DNA of 64,000 nucleotides from Podarcis muralis (GCF_964188315.1 NC_135655.1:114576001-114640000), one strand, 5' to 3'. Counted from the first letter of the stretch, positions 38,606-52,606 are shown. Translations and numbers: made by a program. Notes: generated by a model from the sequence alone, not told the origin.

Positions 38606-39740
38606 TACACACACGCACACACTTGCATATTTGTTCTTTGCATAAGTAATATACAAACCTTGCCTTGATGAACTTTGTCTAAGTACAGTACCTCAATCTA
38701 TATACAAAGGTGAGGACGTGCTGCTTCGGCGAGGAAATTGTTTTGTTATTTTATACGCGCATATCCTGCACATATTTTGCCTCCTGTCTATTGTGAGATA
38801 GCAGGAAGTGGAATGAGCCGCAGTCCCTCACATGAGGATTTGAACTTGACATACCGCGTGACTCTAAGGTATTTCTGTAAACATAAATGTGCGGCGCAAT
38901 CTTTACTCAGAAGTAAGGCTTCCCGAGGTTTGCTCCTAGGTAAGCATGCGTTGGGTCACAGGCGCAATGCAATTTCAGCAGTTCTGAATTCTGAATTAAC
39001 AGTTCCCATTACTGATATATTATGTACAATATTAATACGTTCTACCTGTATACTGAATGCACGGAGAAGTGTCCTATTTATCTGTGAAATCGTATGAACA
39101 CATTAGGGTGGGGGGGGGAGATCTGTTTATTTTGATGAAACTTTATCCCTTTATACCTAGTGGAGATTGCTTGTCAGTATAAGTTCCCCCCCATTTTAAA
39201 ATTACAACTTTTGGCGTCTTTCTGCCAGGATTTCCATTAAAAGCGAGTTCTTGTTCTTTCTCACACGCCATTATTTACAATAAACTGCATATATATGATA
39301 TAATGTATAAATTATATAATGTATATAATGTATAAAATGGATATACATTTTTTTAAAAAATCACAATTCCTGGAAAAAAATGTTGTGCTGAAAGGGAAGG
39401 GAGCTCAATTTTTCCTGTGCTCTCATGGAACCTTACCTAACTCGCTTCCAAACCTTCTGCGTGGTAAGGGGTCTCTGGAAGTTTCTCCCATCGATTTCCT
39501 TGGGACTGACTTTGGCTTACCGATAAAGTAACTCCCCGCAAAGGAGCGGGCCTGCTAAGGAAGGTCTTCCGCGAAGATCGAGGCCTGCTTGCTTTGAAAT
39601 CAACGCTTCGCTTCGCAGAAAGGAAAAGGAGGAACCTGCTGTTGGTTCGGTAGAGCAGAGGGCGCGGATATGCGTAATAGCGGCTACGGCGAGCCTTTTA
39701 AGTAATGACCGCCTAATGGACAGTGCTAATTTGCATGGCA

Positions 39741-39798
<58 letters not shown>

Positions 39799-42700
39799 GA
39801 CCTTGGTTAGAAGTAGAGAAGCTGGAAGGGGCCTTCCAACCTATCTTCCTTTGGGATGCAGCAGCAACAACAACAAATGACTGGGGGACTTCCGCGTTTG
39901 GGGCTGAATCTCGACCTCACTCACCCCGAAGCAGATCCCCTTTGTTGGCTATTTGGACCGTACCGTCAATGGACCAGAAAGGAAGGACACTATTCCTCAG
40001 ATAGTGCCTTACTCACTAGCCATTTGAGGCAGGTATATTTTTACTTAAGAAAACTTTGTGACCGGCTCTATAACGGAGACCCGACGTTGTTTGGAGAGAC
40101 GCCTTTTTTAAAAAATCGTCCCCAAGTCGTCCGCAGCAGCCATTTGTCACCAGACCGGTCTCATTTAAACGCGGCGCGTTTAAAAACGGAATGCGAGGGT
40201 TACCCTTAAGAAGTGTCAGAAATAGATTCGCAAGGAATACCGGGCTGGCTTTGTCCCCTGTCCGCGGAGACCCTGATTCTGCGCTGCTGGAATCGACCGA
40301 GCCGTCGAGGACGCAGACGCTCTCCAGCTTCGTGGCTGTGGCCGGTGGCCTGCGAATGATGGCCCCTTCCTGACCGAGGGACCTGGAGTCCAGGAGGGCC
40401 CTGTCTAGAGGCTGGCTGAACACTTGGGGGAAATAATTCAAATCTGGGACAATTCGAACTTTTCGCATCAAAATAGTGTAAGACCGGTTACAGACAGCAA
40501 TTCGGCCTCCAAGATGCATTTCTGAACTGCGTAAGGATCTCACCCTGCGATATTCTGAATTTCAAACTTTTAGCGCATTCAGCTTCTATCCAATCTTTTG
40601 GAAAGCAAGAGAGAGCATTGGTTCCTCCTCGTCCTGTTGTTGTTCGCTTGCTTGTCTGATTGTTTTAATTTTTTATTTAAAAAAAAAACCCCTGGAAGAT
40701 TTAATTCCTTATGTTGTATTATCTTATTGGTCCAAGTTCTCTTGGATTTTCCCTTGGAGATCACAGGCGCGGCTCTTTCCTCTCTGCTTTGATGGCGAGG
40801 CACCGCCAGCCTAAGAGCACCCCCGCCAGAGAGCAGCAAAACAAAACAAAATCCCTCGGCTTTGAAATAAATCTTTAAATCATTATTCCCCACATGATGC
40901 TGCAGACCACACCAGACCACACAGGCACCGCCGGAGGATATTGCTCACCACTCACATTTAATTTTTATTGTTTGACTTATGTCTACCAATTGAGTTTCTC
41001 TTATTAACTTGGGGGTTTTGGCTTTCTCCAGCAGGTCTCATCCAACGGGGAACAGAGCTCAGAAGTTTCTGGCAAAAAACTTACTCTAAAAGACAACTTG
41101 TTACTGTTCTGCTACTTAAGAACATGTGCGTTTGTTTGTGTGTGTCTCTCTCTCTGTGTGTGTATTTTAGTTCCTCTCTCTCTATTGCTAGGTAGATAGA
41201 GCAACAGATAACCCTCTGGTGCAAAGAGGGGGTGCAATCAATCACAGAAATTTATTTTAAACGGCAGAACAGATATAACATATAATATAACGCTCTCAGT
41301 TTTTCATATAGATGTACACAAATGACGGCACATTTAAAACTATGGCTATGCAGCCCGGCTCTTTCAGTATGTTCTTGAAAATAAATCCCACTTTATTCGT
41401 TTTTTAAAATGTTTTGTTTATGCGTTATTGCAACTTGTATATACATAATACAATATCCATCCTTTATCCCTTATCCTCGGACTTCCCACTCTATCTCTCC
41501 CTAGCATTCTAGGTAAACCTTTGTCGGCTGCATATTGTATTATTCCACCCATTTCCGTCACAAATCTTCCTTTATTTAGTATTATCTGCTGCTCATATGT
41601 TCATTCCTACTTGTAGGTTAAGTTGACTATTGTGCCCTCTAAGATATTCTCCAAAACGCTTCCACTCATCTCTTATCCGTGACTAAATCCCACTTTATTC
41701 CATCGGAACTTACGGCAAAGCCATTACTGCCTTGCGCTTCTGCCTCCTTCACATCGGAGAAGCCTGGAGCGGAGAGGGCTCGCTGTCCAAGACAGGATGA
41801 GTCCCTGAAACCCGTCGAAGATATTGCCACAATAGCAAGTGGTCCGTGTTGCTTAGCTATGAAACTTCAGGAATTGATAGTGCAAGCCTATATGTGTTTT
41901 CTCAGTAGCAACCCCTCACGGTTTTCAAGAAGTGTGTAGGGTTACAGCCTTAATGGACAGCAATTCTTCCACCCCTCCTTACGCTTATAGAAATGGGAAA
42001 TTTCCACCTATGCCTTAAATACACAGGTACAAAAAGGCGTACTCACCCCTGCCTTACATACTCTATCAACATCCTATCCCATCCTCTATCCTTGCTCAAA
42101 ACAAAGGAGGCCAAATCGATGGAACGGCGCAGTTCCTCGCAGGTCTACTGAGAAGTGATACCCGTTGAGTTCCATAGTAGGGGCGCAAAGGGGTGCAGCC
42201 TCAATTCTTCTATCTAAACTTCATGTCTATGTGTGTTATATTTTGATACCGAACTGACCAAATTTTGCTTCCTTTGACTCCCATGAATAACCGCGGGAGG
42301 TACTCGTGGGAAACCTAGGGCGATGGTCGGAAGGCACGCGAGAGGCACTCAGTTTGCTGGGTAGGTCTGGTCTATGCCCGGCTGGGAGACCTCCTGGCAA
42401 CCTCACGTCTTCCAGTTTGGGCTCACGGCGGAAGGACGGTGGGCTACAGAATGGCATGGAAATTAGCCAATGGACTGAGTGATAAAATGGGAGAGCCGAG
42501 AAAGTCCTTAGCAGTGCTGAAGTCTCGAATAAGTGTGCGTAAGGCTGTCACCACCAAGCCTTTCCCATTGAAATCAATTAGGGAGTTTGACTTTGGGTGC
42601 GTCGTGTCGGTGGCCTCTAGACTGGAAATGCCGATGAGAAAATACTGATGAACTCGTAATTAAAACAAGTTAATTACACTCTCGAGAAATGGCGAAGCAA

Positions 42701-44228
42701 GAGAGACTATTACCATACACTCACAGTGCAATGTTGAACGTATTCAGAGGTAGTCATGGTTCAGTCCCAAGAGATACGTGTGTTTATTAGATAGATAGAG
42801 CCACTCTATCAGAAGGGAAACAGAAAGGGCTGGGTGTTAAGATGCGGTGAAATGATGTCACTATTAAGAGCTCCCATAGCATTACCCTCAAAATGTGGAT
42901 CATTCTAGCATAAAGGATAATGAAAATAGAAATAATAAAACCTTATACTTGAATATATACCGGTACAGCAGTGAGGATGCAGCTAAAAGATAAGTATCAA
43001 ACCAAATTATATACCTTGCAGCAAGTCTATTTGTGTTGGAAGTCTAGATGCAACTCAGATTTGCAGAAGACAAGTTTGTTTTTATTCACAGGACATTTAT
43101 TTATGCAGTGATCAATTGCACCACGTGCAAAACAAGCACCCTTACTCTGTCGCTGAGACTGCCTGCTTGCAGCCTCCTCATAATCTGAGGTCCTAAACTG
43201 TAGGTTACTTAACTTGCGCATAAATCCAGCTCTGGGACTACAAATAGTATATAAACTGACTCAACGTGTAAGCTGAAAATTAATTCTGGTTCTGCATTAC
43301 GAAGATTTCTGTATAACTGGCAAGCTTACACAGTCCGGCAGAAGTTCTTACATCAAAAACATGCCGCCTTATCTGGTCCATAATCTGACCCTGATCACGT
43401 TTACCAGGAAATAAATCACATTGATTTGAATGTTACTTACTTCCAAGATGTAGTGCATGCGCAAAAAGGGACAGAATAACAGATCCAGAGCAACTTGCAG
43501 GATGTCTGACTCAAATTGTTTAACAACAGCAAAAACTAAAATGTTTGCACCCACCCACCCAATAATAGGCTGCTGAGAAAGAACGCTTGGGCGGTGCTCA
43601 GAGTTGGTTCATCTGTGAAATGTGGGGCTTAAACTCGGTTCTGAAATGCACCACAAAATTATGAGCAAAACACATGCCCAGAGGCACTCCATTCCATATT
43701 CCTCCAGTCTAACTCTTGGACCTTGGAGTTTTTTTGGGGGGGGCACACAAAATAAATCCCACAAATGCGGCCCCCTTTATTGAACAGAAATCACAGCCAC
43801 ACAATGTGACCCTCTACATTGTTTTATGATAAATAAATCCCACTGACTTTTAGAGGACCTTATGTCCCAGGATGTAAATGTTAGGCTGGAGATAGTAAGG
43901 TTGCAATCCTAACCCCATTTATCTGGGAGTAACTGCTATTGACTTCTAAGTAGACATGGATAGGATTCAGCAGGGCTTACTTCCTGTAAACAGTAAACCT
44001 GTAAACTTGACAATCCTAAAGGTATGGTCTCAGAATCAGTGGAAAATAACAGCCATTTCCAGTGTAGTAGGACAATGCAGTCCTACTCCTGTCTCCTCAG
44101 AAATAAGTCCCATGGAAAGGATGTATAAGATTGCAGTCTTCCTTCCACTTTGCTTTTTTAGTTTCCGAGTTCAGTGAACTAGCAATCAAACTGAACCAAA
44201 GGAGGTTCTTTATTCCCCCCCCCTTTTT

Positions 44229-44268
<40 letters not shown>

Positions 44269-44310
44269 ATGGAAGAGGAAAGGACAGAGGGTGAAGAAAG
44301 AGCTGTTGTT

Positions 44311-44446
44311 CAGGCATGGCCAAACTTGGCCCTCCAGATGTTCTGGGACTACAACTCCCATCATCCCTAGCTAACAGGACCAGTGGTCAGGGATGATGGG
44401 AACTGTAGTCCCAAAACATCTGGAGGGCCATGTTTGGCCATGCCTG
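44311..44446. mobile_element. Palindromic hAT-type MITE (136 bp)
   Basis: 15-bp perfect TIR CAGGCATGGCCAAAC, extending to 58-bp arms with 4 mismatches around a 20-bp spacer. Degenerate 8-bp TSD CTGTTGTT/CTGTAGTC. Confidence 0.85.
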
Positions 44447-44824
44447 CTGTAGTCCTTTGGACCCCTTTCCCTCTGGGAAACTCAACAAACCTGCTACACC
44501 TGGAACTAAGTGTGGAGAGTACAGATGAATGGGACACATCTATGGGCAGATTGAGGGAGCCCCATCAACTCTGGGGCTGCCCATAAATACCAAGTAAGTT
44601 AGTAGAGTGAGGTCTGCAGTCTCCAGGAACTTTTCTCATGAGAGCTAAGAGTTTGTTTGGACCCTGGGTGAGAACCTGGGAGCTGAGAGGGAGGAGATGT
44701 GTCAGAAGGAAAATGAATTGATATTCATGTGCATGTATTAGTATTATTAAGGTAATGTTTTTATATGTAGCTGTGCATTTTTGTAATATTTTGTTGCCTG
44801 TTGTCTGTTGTTGCTTCCGTTTTT

Positions 44825-44880
44825 TTGTACACCGCTTAGATGCATTTTTAATATATTTAGCAGTATAGAAATTAAATAAT
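44825..44880 (+). mobile_element. Possible LINE 3' tail relic
   Basis: TTGTACACCGCTTAGA...AGCAGTATAGAAATTAAATAA resembles squamate LINE ends. Pattern recall only. Confidence 0.3.
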
Positions 44881-45564
44881 CAAAGCCAAATAAAAACTCC
44901 CCCCCCCCAGTGCACATACCAATGAACTACCCAGTCCGCTGCCAGAAAGAAAAGTGACTCACTCTTCAAACTATTTTTATAGGTCTGAAAAAGCACAACC
45001 CTTAAGGAATCAGTAAACTCTTAGCTAACCAATTCAGACATGATATGTGAAGGAAATATAGGCTGATCCAAGGACTTGGGTGAAATAACACTATTAGTGA
45101 AATGTTAACTATAGTTGTAAGTAAACCATAAAACCTACTCCCGCAGATTGCAAAATTAGGCTGACACTCTCGGGAAAAACAGCATGCAGCAGAGTAAAGC
45201 TATTTTATTTCCTAACCTGGTTAGGATCATGGCCCGGCCATATTCCTGACCATATTCGGAAGTAATTCTCAATGAATCAAATAGGCCAATTACAGAGCCT
45301 CAGTTGTCTAAGCTGAGGCTTCAGAATGAAGAGTCTCATAATTGGGCCGTTTGGAGTGTTTGTTTTAATATTACAGTTTAAAATGTGTTGGCTATCCAGG
45401 AAGCCAAGCGCGAACATTCCACAGGAATCCATCTTTCCCCTTTTCCCGCTTTCATTTTACGGGCATATCCTTTCAATTACGACATGAAAGTTGTGTTCAT
45501 ACATTGCTTGGAGTGTTGCGAATGGAGTTTCTCCTCGGCTCCCCAGGGCTATGCCGCAATTCGT

Positions 45565-45578
45565 CCAGCAGATGGCAG
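45565..45578 (+). promoter_or_regulatory. CTCF core motif between HOXD12 and HOXD13
   Basis: CCAGCAGATGGCAG, 14/14 to CCASYAGRKGGCRS. Confidence 0.7.
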
Positions 45579-47288
45579 TGTTGTTCTACACATTGAACGG
45601 TCTCGCTTAGCCGCTGCAGGAAACCAGCGGCCAACCCCACGCAGCCGCAATGGCGGTCTTTGTGTAATTTGCCCTACAAAATATGGTCCACAATTCCCGA
45701 TTACAAGCAAACGACCGTGCATTTTCGGACGGCCGCCTCCGCTTAGGCGCTAGCTGCCCACACACTTAACACAAAAGACGTTACTCCAGATAGTTAAGAC
45801 TTCAGCCAATTTTTAAAGAACTGAAAACGAGGTCAAGAGCTGCTAGATCTGGCGGCCCTGGATAATGCCGAATTGCACTTGAGCGCTGCAATCCACGCTT
45901 AAACTCGCGAGTAGACCTATTCAAGTCAAAGGAATTTCTCTGGAGTAAAGCACGCTGTGTGTCTCTTTGCAGCAGAAGCACAATGTTCGGAGAGAGGCCT
46001 TAATTTTGTACAGTACTTTACTAGCTTTCGTGTGGGGGTGGGGAATAGAGATTATATATATATGATTTAACCCGTTAGCGTCCCCCGCCTCCAGCTCTCT
46101 CCCGCCAGCCTTTCTAATTAAATTTGGCATTTGGTACACTTTCGGTTCCTTTATGAGCAAAGAGGGTGCGGGTAGCTCTTTCGACGCTGTTGATTCAGCA
46201 GCCAGTTCAAAGTTCATTCCCCAGGGTTCCCTCCGCGTTTGCGCAGCACAAGGCAGCGCTGCCCACATTTGCTCTGGACTGAGTCGTCCCGGGGCTTCCT
46301 GCGCGGTGTTTCTGAGACGAGGGCAACCTTATACATGCCCACTCAGAAGCGAGCCTCGCCGAATTGAATGGCACTCATTAATTCCTGCAGCCTAAAGTGA
46401 ATTTAGGACCCCAGCTACGGCTTGCATTTACAGTAGCGCATGGCACGAGTAGAGAGCGAATCACTTTAGCACCCCCAAAAGTTGTTTGAAAGTCAGTTTG
46501 ACCATTGACCTCAATGGAGCTTCTTCCCACAGAATTGCAACTCAATTCTGGATGTTAAAGAAGTGAGTTAGCGCAGTACGGAAACAGGTCTGGATTTATT
46601 TATGCTTTCAGTGACAATAAGGCGGCAGAGTTAACACTAACTTTTGCATAAGAGGGGATTTCAAACCTCAGCACGCCGAGCAGTGATTTCATTTGCGTAT
46701 GAGTATTGTGTGTGTGTGTGTGCATGAGTGAAAATGTTACGAAAATTTGTTTTGTACACCCTCCAAAGGAGGAGATACCAGAAATTTAAAAAAACAACAC
46801 TATATACTATATACACTACGAATACCTAACCCTTCCCAGACTAACCTCCACCAACTGCTGCTACATAACATGGACGGTATCCAGTCAACGTAAGAACGTC
46901 CGGATCATATGCTACGGAGAGTAGATTCAAGAAGCATGACAGAGTTGGACACGTCTTAAGGACAACAGTGGAGGAGTTGCCGGGTTACAATTTAAGGTGC
47001 ATCGGCCTAATATAATTTTCTATTGCAACTTTTGTTAGGTATGTTCGTATACAATGTAATATAGCACAACACATATTTATTCCATCAGTATAATCTTTTG
47101 CAGCAACTTATTTCAGGAGTATGTTTACCTGTCTGCATTAACATTAAAAAAAAAAAATTTGTTCATGCCTTGGAAAACTTTTGATCTGCTCTAGTTGAGT
47201 GTGCTATTATTTTGTGTGGGATTTAAATCGAGAGAGGGGGCAGAATCTAGGGAGGAAAGGAAAAGATGACCATAGAAATATGCTCTTC

Positions 47289-47343
47289 CTTCTCTTCTCT
47301 TCTCTTCTCTTCTCTTCTCTTCTCTTCTCTTCTCTTCTCTTCT
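47289..47343. repeat. (CTTCT)n pentanucleotide microsatellite
   Basis: Seen directly. Confidence 0.9.
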
Positions 47344-48501
47344 TCTTTTCTTCTTCTTTTTTTTAAAAGGAGGAGCTATTTGCGTCCAGCGCCAAACCCC
47401 AGATCCCAAGGAAAGGCGTCCAAAACGGGGCACGGGGAAGGAAGTGGGGCAGCGCACACGTTGAAGATTTCCAAAGACCCAAGTCTTTGTAGTGAACTGA
47501 AATACACGGACACGGCCCTTAAAATATAATACTTGCAATTCAAGTGTTCCACATATGTGCTCGGAGTCATCAGCATAAACCGAAGGATAAGACATATTAC
47601 ACTGGCATGGCTTTAGATACTTAAAAGCAGAACAAAACCCCAACATCACACCCGCTCACTGTTTGAAAACAGACCCTTTTCTTTTCTTTTTCTTTTTAGG
47701 CCCTTTCTGACAAACACGCACACACACGTCGTTTTCTTTCCCTCTGGGCATCGAAAATAAATAAATCCGTTTATTCGGGGTAGTGTAGGAGGAACATGTC
47801 TAACAGTTTGTGAGATCAAGCCTTTTAACCAAGTAAAAACGAAAGTTAGCCGTAGAGCAAGAGTTTGAGAGCAGGATGGGAAACGATTTTGAAACGCAAG
47901 GGCCAAAGTTCAATACTTCCTTTTCCCCGCCCCGCCCACTGGATTCAATGATCCTTTATCATTAAATGAGTTCAGGGGCTTCTCCCCAAAGGGCTGTGTA
48001 GCTTTAAGTCCCTTGAAGTCCATTCGAGAAACAGATCACTCTCTCCCTGCCCCTGGCGCTTTCCTCAACGACGCTATCAGCCCGTGAGTTAAAGAGCTGC
48101 ATGTATCCCAAAGCGAAGCACAAGGTCTCAGTTTAAGTATGGGGGCAGCAGGAAGGAGTGCGGGTCGCAGGGCTTTCGTTTCCTACTCGAACCTAAAGAA
48201 AGGAGAGCGACAACAGGGAGTCGGATTCAGATTCACTCCACAGCAAACTTTTCGCCTCTAACCAGGCGGGCGCCAAACGAGTTTCCCTCTTTGAGGTTTT
48301 GCGCAAATGTGCTAAGACGCAACAACGCACTTGGAGAAAGAGATACTTCGCCATTGTACCTCCTCCGCCGCGCCTGGAATTTTTGCTCGATTATGTGCAC
48401 TCTCTTGTTGCAACCGGGAGAGGAAATCAAACACCAAACTCTTGGGACTGCCTTAACGTACTAGGACTCTTTAAAAAAAAACCATAACCTATTTTTTGTC
48501 A

Positions 48502-48507
48502 TTTATT
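48502..48507 (-). terminator. Candidate HOXD13 poly(A) signal
   Basis: First TTTATT I found on plus about 1.5 kb downstream of the HOXD13 stop. Confidence 0.45.
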
Positions 48508-50008
48508 GCTTCTTTCACTAACACCCGTTTCATGTACTGTAGTTAACAGAAGCTACCACCGAGCTCCCACTCCTCTGAGCAGAAGCCTGTCCGTTCCCAG
48601 GAAGGGTTAAAAGCGAATGCTTTTTTGTGATTGTGGAGGAGGAGACAAAACAGAAGAGTTAACAGAACGTCCCGATATTTATATAAAAATACGCATCGAT
48701 TTATACACACCTTTATACAAACTAAACATATTAGGCACAGTCGGTTTAAAAACCCCGGAACTCCAGGCCACTGTACTAAGTTGAGAATTCGGCCCAGCGC
48801 GTGAGGTGCCCTAGCTCTTAGTACGACAATAATAGAAAAGAGCTTACGTGTTAAGCCTCGCTTGCAGACTGCGTGCGAGTGCAACAGCGAGCAACCCAAC
48901 ATCACTTCCACTTCACACGCACGCGCGCGCACGCACCCCCCAAAAAATTGCAGGCAGGATCCGGCCAAAATTTAAAGCACTTAAAAAACCACGTTTGGTT
49001 CCAATAACCCAGCATACATGGTAGCAAACCGACACAAGACTTAGCGGAACTAACTTTACCGTGCGCAAAGTAGGTTTCCTTTCGGTCGGATCCTGCCTTT
49101 CACTACTGTAGGAAATCTGACTCCATTGACTGTACATAAAGCAACCGATTATTTCCCCCCGACTGCCCGCAGCAAACGTGTGGGAGGTGGGCCACCTAAT
49201 CACAATGCATTTTGGGGTTTGTTTGTTTCAAAAAGATTATTTATAAACCTAACAACCGCCCCATTCTAAACAGGTGGACTTGGGACGAATTTCGAACTCG
49301 TTTCTCCATACTCCCCTAAATGGACTTTGCTTAAGCCTGGAACGGCAGGTCTTCAAAACTGGGACCCCTGGGCCCTGACTCCGGTTTAAGCTCAATGGGG
49401 ATCGGTTTCGGAGAAGACGGAAGGAAAAATGCAGTCCTCTTTTTCAAAAAGTAATTTCACATTAAGGTCAGAGGTCAGTGGCGACCCTCGACTTCATTTA
49501 CCTTGGCGTTGACGTCATCATCACAACTCCCTTGCACATAATCATTGTCTTCTGGTCCATTATGAAAATTCGGGAGATTGATGATAAGGATAAACTATAT
49601 ATATAGATAGATTATATATATCTATCTATAATCACATCAGCTGCTTTTAGCACTTGGCATATTCTTAAGGCTAGTTTAGCGGTTTTTCAGGAAGGCCTCG
49701 TGGGAGGGGGAAGGGAACAGAACCTACCAAAATACAATGAAGGAGAATGACTTTTTTAGGGGGGAGGGAGAGAGGAAATCTAACACTTGCAAGTAAATCC
49801 GAAAAAGAAATTGCGAACCTTTTTCCTATAAGTACTTCAACAAGGTTCCTCCCTCCCCCCCCCCCCCCGGGAAAATATTAAATATATTTCAAGTCTTTCC
49901 AAAAGTCTTTTTGAGCCGATAGTGGATGGTTTGCAATTAATATATATTTATATATATATTTATAGATAGAGATAGACCCCCCCCAAAAAAAACCGATTTG
50001 GGCCCGGA

Positions 50009-50308
<300 letters not shown>

Positions 50309-51006
50309 TTATTTATTTTTTTACCATTACAGTACTACTTATGCCTTAACTTAACGGCCGACAACTCTCTTTGGAGACAATGCAACGCAAGAGCTGGTTT
50401 GCAGCTATTTGGGTGGAGATTTCTTATTTTGTTTACTCTAAGTCCTCAAGTGCATATGGTTCAAAAGGGAAAGGCACAATTGCGCTCACAAGCAAGCAAG
50501 CAAGCGCGTACGCACACAGGATCCTAAGTTGCAACTTCGAAATATCTTCCTTGCTTGATTTGCATGTGGCTGGCGATGGGTGACACGGGATACTCCGCGC
50601 CCCCCGCGGCTTGAGGGCTCTGGGGCAAGTTTGCAGCAGCCAGCAATAGTAAAACGATCACGGCCAGCCTCGGAGAGGCCCGTCTTCATTAAGGCCAGAA
50701 GTCCCGTCCCCCCCCCCTCCCTCAAATCCTCAACTCATTTCCTCTCCGGCTTTCAGTCCCTCCGATTACTTTCCAGCGGATCTGATTTTATTTTAAAGCT
50801 GAAGGCTGCAAGAAGCCCGCGAGGGACTTTCTGAGAGAGTAACGTAAAAGGTGAGGGGCGGCTTTACATCCGAGAAAATATGCCTCGGATCAGGCTGCAG
50901 GGCTGAGATCCTCACCCAGTCTGCTCAGAAATAAATGGCGAGAAATAAATAGTGGAATTCGTTCCGATGCCTTTTCTGGAAGTTAAAACACACACACACA
51001 CAGACA

Positions 51007-51044
<38 letters not shown>

Positions 51045-51739
51045 AATGCAAGCCAAGGGGAATTTCCTGGATTTGGGTTTTAGGTCTGGGGTGTTTGGGG
51101 GAAGGAAATGCTTTCACCCCCCGACATATTGCCGTGAGGCTTTTGTACGGACAGTGTCTACATAATGACAATGATTGCACTAATAGTACAATCCTACCCA
51201 GAAGTAAATCGCATTGAGCTCAATGGGTCTGCTATTCTCCCTGGAAAGTGGGTAGGAGAACTGCAGACCAAGTCCCATAGATTTCAGAGGACCCTAGGGT
51301 CGAACAGGCTTACTGGGAAGATAATGCCCACTGAGTTCAACAGAACTCTCTGCAACCTAAGACTAAGTTACTGGGCAGGAAGTTCTTTTGAAAGTCAAGG
51401 CGATTACAGGCTAGGCGTGCCGGAGACCTCTGCAGCCCAGGAGCAAAGACGTGAGAACATGGAGAGCTCAGACGCTTAAGGCAGCCGCTCCACGGCTTTC
51501 TGTGGGGCTTCCTTGAGGGTCTCTGGGAGCTGCAAAAGAGAGCAGGCCGTTCTCTGGCTGCTGGTAGGTCTAGCGTGTAGCTAACCAGCTGGAGGAACTT
51601 TCCCCTCCTCTTCTCCTTCCCCTCCCCTCCCTGTGGTTTTAGGTGGGCAGCTACTTCTCCCAGATGTCAGCTTCCTGTCCGGTTGACCTTCTCCTCCTAC
51701 TCCTGCTGCTGCTGCGATCACCACCTGGCCGTGCCGTAC

Positions 51740-52472
51740 CTGGGAAGGAGGACTTCCAAAAGTGGGAGCCCTGGGCCTGGTCTTTGGCGCAGTACACCTG
51801 GCCGTTCCACCCGTTGGCCAAAGTCCACGACTGGTAGCCCTCCATGGAGATGTACGTCTCGTGCCTGGGCTCGCCGCCCGCCGCTGAGCCGAAGGTGGAG
51901 ACCACGTCCAGGTAGCCGGCGGGCACGTGCTGGTAAGGGCCGGCGGCGGCGGCGGCAGCGGCGTAGCCCTGGTAGAAAGAGACCTCCTTGGCTCGCGAGG
52001 AGACGTCGCTGCCCGACGGGACGCTGGTGCTGGCCAGGCCGGCCACGTCCATGTACTTCTCCACGGGGAAGGCGGCGTGCGGGGAGGCTTTGAGCGCGGC
52101 GTTCTGCTGCAGGCAACTGTAGTAGCCGTTGCCGAAGGGGTGGTAGCCCGGGTGGTAGCCGAGCGCGGCGGCCGCGGCTGCCGCGGCCGTGGCCGTCGGG
52201 GGCCCACCGCTGGAGCAGTCCTTGGAAGGGGCCGCCTCGGACGACGACGACGACGAGCGCGCCCCGGCCGACGAGCCCGAGCGCTCGTAGGGGAAGCCCG
52301 AGGAGGCGGCGGGACCCGCGGCTCGACCCGACGGCGGCGGCGCCGCTCCGAAGACAGGCGGCGAAAGGAAATTGCGGCACTGGCCCCGGCCGCTGCTGCT
52401 CCCGCCGCTCCCGCCGCCGCCGGCGTCTGCCCGCAGCGCCTCCATCTCCCAGCCGCTGCCTGCGCGGCTCAT
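51740..52472 (-). CDS. HOXD13: HOXD13 exon 1
   Basis: [16 protein letters not shown]...FGNGYYSC...FPVEKYMDV...[11 protein letters not shown]...[44 protein letters not shown]. Donor CCAG|GTACGG at 51740/51739, 733 nt, phase 1. Intron 50260-51739. Confidence 0.96.
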
Positions 52473-52606
52473 GCTGCCTGCGCCCAAGAGCCTCGCTGAA
52501 GGCGGGCGCGCCGCCGATGCTGCTGCTGCTGCTCCTTCTCCTCTTCCTGGCCTCCCTCCTCCTCGCCTCGGCCCAGCGGCGGCGGCGGAGGCCCCCAGCA
52601 GCTCAT
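52469..52606 (-). other. Upstream ORF (45 aa) in HOXD13 5' leader; its TGA overlaps the main ATG
   Basis: gcgcgccATGa at 52606, open frame [10 protein letters not shown]...WAQAA, TGA 52471-52469 within ATGA. Lies downstream of the TATA box at 52700-52695. Confidence 0.6.

Noticed and set aside
39808-39841. Possible second CR1 tail fragment
   Set aside because: Too short and degenerate to support.
43890-44140. Degenerate GCAATCCTA...AGGATT short palindromic repeats (also near 51185-51260, 55620-55690, 57640-57720, 58900-58960)
   Set aside because: Probably an old squamate repeat family, but boundaries and identity cannot be fixed by eye.
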